A stretch of 64,000 nucleotides of DNA, from NCBI GenBank assembly GCA_963713645.1, contig CAVQMQ010000008.1, positions 6,473-70,472 of the forward strand, read 5' to 3'. Made by a program: the position numbers and the translations under genes. The DNA is from an uncultured Acidobacteriaceae bacterium (GTDB lineage Bacteria > Acidobacteriota > Terriglobia > Terriglobales > Acidobacteriaceae). The notes under the pieces were generated by a model that did no database searches, was not told the DNA's origin, and saw only the letters and a program-made list of their open reading frames with translations. Positions 56,742-64,000 of this stretch are shown in pieces. How positions within the stretch are numbered: position 1 is the stretch's first letter; every line of letters starts with the position of its first letter.

Positions 56742-59224
56742 CTGTCAATCTATACCAGAGCCTGCTCCCTTGCGGAGAGGCTTTCAACGAGGCCTCTGCC
56801 GACGGCGCGACTCCCCGCGCGCACTGGGCACGGCTGATGGAATCGCTGCAAGGCATCGGACCCGATGAGCTGGAACGGCGCTGGGGGCGGGCGGAGCGGC
56901 GGATTCGCGAGAACGGCATCACTTACAACATTTACAACGATCCCCTCGGGGCGCAGCGGCCCTGGAAGATCGATGTGCTGCCCTTTTTGATTTCGGCAGA
57001 AGAGTGGCGCTATATCGAGGCGGGCATCATTCAACGCGCCCAGTTGCTGAGCCTGCTGCTCGAAGATCTGTACGGATCGCAGAGTCTGGTTTTGAATGGG
57101 CATTTTCCCGCCGAGTTGCTGTATGCCAACCCGGCCTATCTGCGGCCAATGGTGGGTGTGCGCGTGCCCGCGCAGAGCTATCTGCACATGCTTGCCGTCG
57201 ATCTGGCCCGCTCACCGGACGGGCAATGGTGGGTGGTGTCGGATCGCACGCAGGCTCCGTCGGGCAGCGGTTATGCTCTGGAAAACCGCACCATCGTCTC
57301 CGATGTCCTGCCGGCCCTCTTCAGAGACTCGAATGTGCTGCGGCTTGCGCCGTTTTTCCGCGCACAGCGGGAGGCGCTGACTGCATTGGCCGGAGTCGCG
57401 AACCCGCGCATTGTGTTGCTCACTCCAGGCCCATTCAACGAGACCTACTTTGAGCACTCCTATCTGGCTCGCTATCTGGGCTTCACGCTGGTGGTAGGCG
57501 CCGATCTGACGGTCCGCGATCGCTGCGTGTTTCTCAAGACGGTAGGCGGGCTGGAACAGGTAGATGTGATCCTGCGCAGGGTGGATGACAGCTTCTGCGA
57601 TCCGTTGGAGCTGCGCAGCGATTCGCTGCTCGGCATACCGGGGCTGGTGGATGCAATTGTCGCGGGGAGTGTGAAGGTTGCCAATGCGCTGGGCAGCGGA
57701 GTGATTGAGACGGCGGCGATCATGCCCTTTCTTTCCGGCTTGTCGAGCTATCTAACCGGCGAGCGGCTGAAGCTGCCATCGGTGGCAACCTGGTGGTGCG
57801 GGCAGCCATATGCGCTGGACTGGGTGCTGAAGAATCTTGACTCGGTGGTGGTGAAGCCGGCTTTTCCATCGCGCGGCATGGAGCCGGTCTTTGGCGCGGA
57901 GCTGGAGCAGGGCGCGCGGCACAAGCTGGCCGAGGAGTTATGCGCCCGTCCGCATGATTATGTGGCGCAGGAGCAGATAGTTCTCTCCAATGCGCCGGTT
58001 TGGGATCATGGCAATCTTTACCCGCGCTCTCTGGTTCTGCGTGCTTATGTGCTGAACACCGGCTCGGGGTGGACGGCGATTCCCGGAGGCCTGGTGCGGG
58101 TTGCCGAAGTGGGTGGATCGGTGGTCTCGATGCAGCGCGGCGGGCATAGCAAGGATGTGTGGGCGTTGTCCGACAGCCCTGTAGACACCTTCAGCATGCT
58201 GCATCCGCGCAGCGAGCCTGTGGCGTTACGCCGCGAAGCTCCCAGCGTACCGAGCAGCGTGGCGGATAACGTCTTCTGGCTGGGCCGGTATGTGGAACGG
58301 GCCGAGGCCATGGCTCGCATTACGCGCACGATGGCCGCGCGCGCGCGCCGCGCCGGCGAAGCCGAATTCGGCTGCCTGCTGCGGCTGCATAGCTGTCTTG
58401 GAACTCGCCAGAGCAAGATGCCGAAGCGGCACAAAAACATTACACCGGCGGATTTTGAGCGGGAACTGATCTCTATTGTCAGTGATGCGAGACGCACAGA
58501 CAGCATTGCCTCCACGCTGGGTGAGATTGCGCGCGTCGGGGGCAGCGTGCGCGAACGCCTCTCGGCCGATATGACTTTCCTGCTCGGCCAGTTGTGTACT
58601 TCGATTCCGGCCGGTCAGGACACGCCTTTCCTGGAGATTCCGCCAATGCTGACAGGATGTCTGGAGCTGTTATCGGCGTTTTCAGGCATGGAACGTGAAA
58701 ACATCAATCGCGGCGTCGGATGGCTGTTCATGAGCATTGGCCGGCGGCTGGAGCGCGCGATGTTTCTCTCGCGGCAACTGCGCGAGATTACGCGGCCGCT
58801 CGACGAATCGGATTGGCCGTTGCTGGAGTGCCTGTTGGAAGTGGCCGACAGCTCGATGTCGTACCGGGCGCGCTATTACACCACGCTACAACCCTTGGCG
58901 GTGCTCGATGCATTGATGGCCGATGAGAGCAACCCCCGCTCTCTGGACTTTCAGTTGACGCACCTCCTCCATCTCTACACGCAACTCCCAAGGCATTTGC
59001 CGGAAGACCTGAACGCAATGAGGGAAGCGCTGACATTGCTGCGCGGTTTCGATCTGCGCAAGATGAGCTATCCGCTCCCCGGCGCGGCAAGCTCCGCCAA
59101 GGGACTCAACCGGCTGGAGCATTTCTTGAGAGGGTTGGAAGTGCTGCTGCCCTCCTGGTCAAATAATCTTTCGAGCCGGTACTTCAGCCACGCTCGTACT
59201 TTGCCCATCACCGTAGGCCTATGA
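56738..59224 (+). CDS. circularly permuted type 2 ATP-grasp protein fused to alpha-E (DUF403) domain
   Basis: DRTQAPSGSGYALENR, LLTPGPFNETYFEH, ILRRVDD, GGHSKDVW, FWLGRYVERAE, NPRSLDFQL. Confidence 0.9.
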   Translation: MTVNLYQSLLPCGEAFNEASADGATPRAHWARLMESLQGIGPDELERRWGRAERRIRENGITYNIYNDPLGAQRPWKIDVLPFLISAEEWRYIEAGIIQRAQLLSLLLEDLYGSQSLVLNGHFPAELLYANPAYLRPMVGVRVPAQSYLHMLAVDLARSPDGQWWVVSDRTQAPSGSGYALENRTIVSDVLPALFRDSNVLRLAPFFRAQREALTALAGVANPRIVLLTPGPFNETYFEHSYLARYLGFTLVVGADLTVRDRCVFLKTVGGLEQVDVILRRVDDSFCDPLELRSDSLLGIPGLVDAIVAGSVKVANALGSGVIETAAIMPFLSGLSSYLTGERLKLPSVATWWCGQPYALDWVLKNLDSVVVKPAFPSRGMEPVFGAELEQGARHKLAEELCARPHDYVAQEQIVLSNAPVWDHGNLYPRSLVLRAYVLNTGSGWTAIPGGLVRVAEVGGSVVSMQRGGHSKDVWALSDSPVDTFSMLHPRSEPVALRREAPSVPSSVADNVFWLGRYVERAEAMARITRTMAARARRAGEAEFGCLLRLHSCLGTRQSKMPKRHKNITPADFERELISIVSDARRTDSIASTLGEIARVGGSVRERLSADMTFLLGQLCTSIPAGQDTPFLEIPPMLTGCLELLSAFSGMERENINRGVGWLFMSIGRRLERAMFLSRQLREITRPLDESDWPLLECLLEVADSSMSYRARYYTTLQPLAVLDALMADESNPRSLDFQLTHLLHLYTQLPRHLPEDLNAMREALTLLRGFDLRKMSYPLPGAASSAKGLNRLEHFLRGLEVLLPSWSNNLSSRYFSHARTLPITVGL

Positions 59225-60099
59225 TCTACAAAATCGTTCATCGCACGACGACCAGTTACAGGCATCCGGTCTCGGTGGGCAAGCATGTGGCTTGCCTGCG
59301 TCCACGATCTACGCACAACCTGCATTTGCTCAGTAACGAAGTGCAGATCGAGCCTGCGCCGGCATCGGTCACCGAGCGAGTCGATTATTTCGGAAACCTG
59401 CTCTCCTTCTTCACCGTTCAGGAGCCGCACAAGGAGCTGGTGGTTGAAGCCAGAAGCGAAGTGAGGATGGAAGAGAATCCAGCCCCGTTGCCTGAGGGTA
59501 CGATTGCGTGGGAAGAGGCAGTGCGGCATCTTACCGGTGATCGAAGTGCCGAGGCGTTCGCAGCCTACGAGTTCAGCTTCGAGTCGCCGCGCATCAAGAC
59601 GCGCCCGGAGTTTGCGGCGTATGCGCTTGAGTCCTTCACTCCGCAGCGCGCGCTGATGGAAGGGCTGCTTGATCTGACGGCGCGCATTCACAGCGATTTC
59701 CGCTTTGATTCGAAAGTGACCAATGTCCGCACCACCACCGATGAGGTTTTTCGCAAGCGGCACGGCGTATGCCAGGATTTCGCGCATTTTCAGATTGCCT
59801 GCCTGCGCTCACTGCGGCTCCCGGCGCGCTATGTCAGCGGATACCTGAGGACCCATCCCCCACCGGGCAAGCCGAGGCTGGTGGGCGCCGATGCATCGCA
59901 CGCGTGGGTCTCTGTTTATTGCCCCGGAGAAGGCTGGATCGATCTTGACCCGACGAACAATGTGGTTCCTTCGAGCGGGCACGTGACGCTTGCCTGGGGC
60001 CGGGACTACGGAGACGTTAGCCCGCTGTATGGCGTGATCCAAGGCGGCGGTGACCACATACTCAACGTGGCCGTGGACATCGACGAGATCGAAGCCTGA
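59221..60099 (+). CDS. transglutaminase-family protein
   Basis: GVCQDFAH, ARYVSGY, ASHAW, DLDPTN, GRDYGDVSP. Confidence 0.92.
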   Translation: MIYKIVHRTTTSYRHPVSVGKHVACLRPRSTHNLHLLSNEVQIEPAPASVTERVDYFGNLLSFFTVQEPHKELVVEARSEVRMEENPAPLPEGTIAWEEAVRHLTGDRSAEAFAAYEFSFESPRIKTRPEFAAYALESFTPQRALMEGLLDLTARIHSDFRFDSKVTNVRTTTDEVFRKRHGVCQDFAHFQIACLRSLRLPARYVSGYLRTHPPPGKPRLVGADASHAWVSVYCPGEGWIDLDPTNNVVPSSGHVTLAWGRDYGDVSPLYGVIQGGGDHILNVAVDIDEIEA

Positions 60100-60234
60100 T
60101 TGAGGCAACAGCGAGTTCTGGTTTTCAGGGAAGAGAATATCCCTGTCGTCTCGGTTATGATATACAAAATTGTACGCATTATATGAATCAGGATCACAGG
60201 TTCCTTGTGCTCTGGTACTGACGAGGGGAAGCGG

Positions 60235-60480
60235 TTGAGCGAGGGCAAGATTTCCATCACCGTGAACGGCAGGCCGGTCAAAGTTGCCGAGGGAACCACC
60301 GTGGCCGCAGCGGTGATGATGTCGGGTGAATCATGCAGGCTTTCTGTCAATGGCGAGGCGCGCTCTCCGCTCTGCGGGATGGGCGTCTGCATGGAGTGCC
60401 GCGTAACCATCGACGGAGTATCGCAGCAGCGGAGCTGCCAGTTGGCCTGCGCTCCGGGGATGCAGGTGGTAACGGGATGA
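60235..60480 (+). CDS. (2Fe-2S)-binding protein (HcnA-like)
   Basis: ITVNG...PLCGMGVCMECRVTIDG...SC; TTG start with GAGGGG RBS. Confidence 0.85.
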   Translation: MSEGKISITVNGRPVKVAEGTTVAAAVMMSGESCRLSVNGEARSPLCGMGVCMECRVTIDGVSQQRSCQLACAPGMQVVTG

Positions 60481-61772
60481 GCGCGGCCTACGATCTCGTG
60501 GTAGTGGGGGCCGGCCCTGGCGGGATCGCCGCTGCCGCAGTTGCGGCTGAAGTGGGAAAGCGCGTCTGCCTGCTGGATAACAATCCCTCTCTGGGCGGGC
60601 AGATATGGAGAGGATTTCGCTCCGACAATGCAGGCAAATATCCCCACGGCAGGAAATTTATCCGCTGGACAGACCGGCTGAAGGCTTCGGACTGCGAAAT
60701 ATGGCAGGGTCGGCAGGTGGTGGATGCCCCTGCGCCGCAGCGGCTGCGCCTGGAGTGTGGCACTGAGAGCTGCGATCTGGCTTACAAACGTCTAATTCTG
60801 GCCACCGGCGCTCGGGAGCGGTTCTTACCCTTCCCCGGCTGGACTTTGCCGGGAGTGATGGGCGCTGGAGGCCTGCAGGCATTGGTCAAGGGAGGACTAG
60901 ACCCGCGCGGCAAGCGAGTGGTTGTAGCCGGCAGCGGGCCGTTACTGCTGGCCGTGGCGGCGGGGTTGTCGAGTGCCGGCGCAGTGCTTGTGGGCATCTT
61001 CGAGCAAGCCTCTGTGGCGCAAGTAGCTCAGTTTGGTCTGCACCCGCTGCTGGCCCAGCCGGGAAAAATCGTCGAGGGCGCGGGCTACCGGCTGCGAGCG
61101 CACTCGGCGGCTTACAGGCTGGGCTGGTGGGTGAAACGGGTTGAGGGGCAGTGCCGTGTCAAGCAGGTGATTGTGACGAACGGGCGCACGGAGCGCACCC
61201 TGCATTGCGACTGGCTGGCCTGCGGATTTGGCCTTGTTCCCAATCTGGAGCTGCCACGCCTGCTGGGCAGCCGTATTATTGACGGCACGGTCGAAGTGGA
61301 TTCCCTGCAACAAAGTTCGGTTCCGGGCGTGGCCTGCGTGGGCGAATTGACCGGGATTGGCGGCCTGGAGAAAGCGCTGATCGAAGGCGAAATTGCCGGC
61401 TGGGCCGCGGCGGAGCGCACCTCTGAAGCGAGTAAGCTGCTTGGCCGTCTGCGCCGGGTGCGGGATTTTTCCCGGCGCATGGAGCTCGCTTTCGCTCTGC
61501 GTCCGGAACTCGCAACTTTGCCGGTTCCGGAGACCGTGGTTTGCCGCTGTGAAGATGTTGTGCACGGGGCGCTGCTGGGATGTAACTCAGCGCGCGAAGC
61601 CAGGCTGCATACCCGCTGCGGCATGGGTGCGTGCCAGGGCAGGATCTGCGGTGCGGCTACTGAGTTTCTCTACGGCTGGGGGCAGCCAAGCGTCCGGCCA
61701 CCGGTTTTTCCTGCAAGAATTTCCACGCTCGTTGCTGATTTGGACGCGACTAAGGATTTTGAGGGCTACTGA
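60477..61772 (+). CDS. FAD/NAD(P)-dependent oxidoreductase with BFD-like C-terminus (HcnB / opine- or hydroxyproline-oxidase type)
   Basis: VVGAGPGG, LATGARERFLPFPGWTLPGV, VCRCEDV, TRCGMGACQGRIC; ATGA overlap with the upstream gene. Confidence 0.88.
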   Translation: MSAAYDLVVVGAGPGGIAAAAVAAEVGKRVCLLDNNPSLGGQIWRGFRSDNAGKYPHGRKFIRWTDRLKASDCEIWQGRQVVDAPAPQRLRLECGTESCDLAYKRLILATGARERFLPFPGWTLPGVMGAGGLQALVKGGLDPRGKRVVVAGSGPLLLAVAAGLSSAGAVLVGIFEQASVAQVAQFGLHPLLAQPGKIVEGAGYRLRAHSAAYRLGWWVKRVEGQCRVKQVIVTNGRTERTLHCDWLACGFGLVPNLELPRLLGSRIIDGTVEVDSLQQSSVPGVACVGELTGIGGLEKALIEGEIAGWAAAERTSEASKLLGRLRRVRDFSRRMELAFALRPELATLPVPETVVCRCEDVVHGALLGCNSAREARLHTRCGMGACQGRICGAATEFLYGWGQPSVRPPVFPARISTLVADLDATKDFEGY

Positions 61773-61797
61773 GCTCTTGATGTTTGAGTCTGTGCAT

Positions 61798-61832
61798 TCC
61801 CCGGTCCCCAAAAGCGAGGGACCTGGGCACCC
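61798..61832. repeat. REP-like hairpin ending GGGCACCC
   Basis: CCCGGTCCC-CAAAAGCGA-GGGACCTGG-GCACCC. Confidence 0.65.
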
Positions 61833-62032
61833 GGTGATGGTTTATCCCAAACTCTGCGACGTGCTGCCGATCTTTCAGTTTGTTGCAGATCTTGAATTCC
61901 GCTGACGGCCAATGTATCCAAATGAAGATACATGAGTGGTATGATTTCGGCTGAAACCATTTTTCAGATACTGGCGGGAAAACAACCTGGGTGCGATTCC
62001 AGCGTAGTTTGAAGCCTGAAAGTGAAGGCCAA

Positions 62033-62776
62033 ATGGCACCTTCAGCAACAAAAGAAGCCAAGGATTTGAAGAAGCGGTCGACCAAGGCTGAACATGGGAC
62101 AAGCGTCGATACGGCATTCCAGCGGGTTCGCGATCTGATCGTTCACGGCAATCTTGCGCCGGGCAGTTGGATTGTCGAAGGCGATCTGTGCGAGCACCTG
62201 AACATGAGCCGCACGCCGGTGCGCGGCGCGCTCTATCTGCTGCAACGCGAAGGCTACATTCTCGAGTACCGCAACGGCAGCAAGTCGCGGATGATTGTCG
62301 CCCCATTGACCAAGGAAGACGCCAACGAGCTGTATCCGATCATTGGCCGCATCGAAGGTTTATCCGGACGCCGCGCCGCCGCGCTGCCCCAGGCCGAGCG
62401 GGATGAACTGGCGGTCCGTCTGAAGCAGATCAATGAAAAGCTGGACAAGATTGCGCGGGAGCGGACATATAACGGCCCGGATATCTTTGACCTGGACCAT
62501 GAGTTCCATCGCGTGCTGGTGAAGGCCGGCTCGGGACCGCGGCTGACCGCGCTGCACCGCGCTATTGAGCCGCAGACAGAGCGCTATTGGCGTCTGTACG
62601 CCAGCTCGATCATCAACGAGCTGCATGTTTCTGTCAGCGAGCACGAGGAGATTATCGCCGCGGTGCTGGAGGGCAACCCGGACCGGCTGGAGCGCGCGCT
62701 CTGCGTTAACTGGGAGAATGGCTGCAAGCGGTTGGCGCACGTGATCGATCTCTTCGGCGAGCGCGGAAGCTGGTAG
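62033..62776 (+). CDS. GntR-family regulator (FCD)
   Basis: GNLAPG..IVE..LCE.LNMSRTPVRGAL..L..EG; DHEFH; EHEEI. Confidence 0.92.
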   Translation: MAPSATKEAKDLKKRSTKAEHGTSVDTAFQRVRDLIVHGNLAPGSWIVEGDLCEHLNMSRTPVRGALYLLQREGYILEYRNGSKSRMIVAPLTKEDANELYPIIGRIEGLSGRRAAALPQAERDELAVRLKQINEKLDKIARERTYNGPDIFDLDHEFHRVLVKAGSGPRLTALHRAIEPQTERYWRLYASSIINELHVSVSEHEEIIAAVLEGNPDRLERALCVNWENGCKRLAHVIDLFGERGSW

Positions 62777-62847
62777 GAAATCCCCTGCGCTGCGGATGAA
62801 GGCCTGTTCATGGAGACCCTGGTCTGGGGCATCCGGCATCGTGCTCT

Positions 62848-62960
62848 CCCACTCTAGCGACAAAAACAAGAACGTCGCGAGGGTGGGGCACCCATTTTCG
62901 GTACATATGTCCAGCATTGTGCGTTCCCATTTCCCCAAATTCGAGGGACATGGCGCACCC
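62848..62960. repeat. two tandem REP-like hairpins
   Basis: CCCACTCTAGCGAC-N12-GTCGCGAGGGTGGG-GCACCC (62848-62893) and a degenerate short-type copy (62924-62960). Confidence 0.75.
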
Positions 62961-63001
62961 CCCAGCAGTGCTTCTGGGAGTGCGGATCGTCAGTATGGGC
63001 T

Positions 63002-64000
63002 TCAGCTCAGGTCATGGAAGAAAGCGGCGAGGTCTCCGGCGACCGCTGCTGGTTGCTCAGCCGGGGCGAAGTGCCCGCCGCGCGGAAAGACCGTCCAGCG
63101 TTGGATGTTGTAGATACGCTCCAGATACGAGCGCGGCGGCTCGCCCTCGGAGACGGTTTGGCGCGCGAAAACACCAAATGCGGTGGGCGTGGCGACATAA
63201 GCGGGAACGACCGGGTGCCAGCGATTGTCCCAATAGTCGCGCATCGATGAGGTAATGGTCTGCGTGACCCAGTACAGGGTGAGCGTGGCGCAGAAGAAAT
63301 CATCGGGCGGCATGGTGTCGCTCCAGGAGCGCCATTTCTCGCCAATGTACGCGGCGAGGCCCGCTGGGGAATCGTTGAGCCCATAGCCGAGAGTTTGCGG
63401 CTTGGTGGACTGGATCGCGCTATAGCCGCGCTCCGTGGTTTCCCAGCGCCGGATCACCGCGAGATAGGAACGCTCGGCATCGGTCAGCTCCGTGTCGTTC
63501 ACGACGGGGGCAAGATCCGACTCCAGTGTGGTGAGATGAATCCCGATCACCGACTCGGGATGGTCCAGCGCAAGGATCGTCGTCACCCCGGCCCCAAAGT
63601 CATACCCGCTCGCGCCATAGCGGGAATACCCAAGCTCAGCCATAAGCCGGTGCCAGCGCTCCGCAACATACCTGTAGTTGATACCAACCTTGAGTGGGCG
63701 CGGCGAGAATCCATAGCCGGGCAGGGAGGGTACGACCACGTCGAAGTCCTTGAGCATGGGCAGCATCTCAACGTAATCGAGGAAACTGCTGGGCCAGCCG
63801 TGCGTGAGGATGAGCGGTACGCCTTTGCCCGATGCCGCACGCTGGTGCACAAAGTGAATGCCCTCCCAGGTGAAGTGGTTGAGCGCATTGAGCCGCTGTT
63901 CCCAGGCACGCCAGTCAAACTCATGCGCCCAGTAGGATACGCGGCACCGTAGCCAGTCCAACTCGGTGCCCTGTTCCCAGCCGATGCAGGGTATTTGGTC
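63002..64000 (-). CDS. epoxide hydrolase (alpha/beta hydrolase), 5' end beyond window
   Basis: Frame stays open to base 64000 (GWEQGTELDW); LTHGWPSS, PSLPGYGFS, GYDFGA nucleophile, GGHFAPAEQP. Confidence 0.92.
   Translation of the reverse strand, partial: DQIPCIGWEQGTELDWLRCRVSYWAHEFDWRAWEQRLNALNHFTWEGIHFVHQRAASGKGVPLILTHGWPSSFLDYVEMLPMLKDFDVVVPSLPGYGFSPRPLKVGINYRYVAERWHRLMAELGYSRYGASGYDFGAGVTTILALDHPESVIGIHLTTLESDLAPVVNDTELTDAERSYLAVIRRWETTERGYSAIQSTKPQTLGYGLNDSPAGLAAYIGEKWRSWSDTMPPDDFFCATLTLYWVTQTITSSMRDYWDNRWHPVVPAYVATPTAFGVFARQTVSEGEPPRSYLERIYNIQRWTVFPRGGHFAPAEQPAAVAGDLAAFFHDLS

Noticed and set aside
1-64000. tRNA, rRNA, integrase or transposase genes
   Set aside because: No T-arm GTTCGAATC-type tRNA pattern outside coding regions, no rRNA-like sequence and no recombinase or transposase motifs seen on reading; not confirmed by software.

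Overview
Roughly 60% GC (estimated by eye) chromosomal window, most likely from an Acidobacteriota (Terriglobia/Acidobacteriaceae-like) genome; this is inferred from the housekeeping proteins and repeat style and was not computed. 0-2.6 kb: a decayed, nested restriction-modification hotspot (truncated C5 methyltransferase, XRE-HNH cassette, NgoMIV-type endonuclease tail, vsr, Type ISP tail). 2.8-21.5 kb: core genes (recA, coaD, tyrS, asnS), a membrane-anchored TPR array, a prolyl-oligopeptidase homologue lacking its catalytic triad, a GAF-EAL protein and a frameshifted CBM2-glycoside hydrolase. 21.7-38.7 kb, the main discovery candidate: a multiheme cytochrome locus (35 CxxCH plus 1 CxxxCH motifs). 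It holds two paralogous secreted tetrahemes with the Cys/His layout of Geobacter OmcE-type nanowire subunits, an OmcE-module-fused 12-heme protein, a 16-heme cytochrome, an outer-membrane beta-barrel, two NHL propellers, a SurA-like PPIase and two TPR proteins. Six CRP-type boxes lie in its two divergent promoters. 38.8-51.8 kb: a lone CusA/CzcA pump, a two-component system and an unusual operon joining a polyprenyl synthase, a LolDE-type ABC exporter, degenerate cbb3-oxidase-like subunits and YceI. 51.9-64 kb: TPR protein, transglutaminase/ATP-grasp operon, HcnAB-like oxidoreductase pair, GntR and a partial epoxide hydrolase. A four-copy MITE-like family and REP-like hairpins are scattered through intergenic DNA. 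No tRNA, rRNA or CRISPR array was seen. All family assignments come from motif recognition, not database searches.
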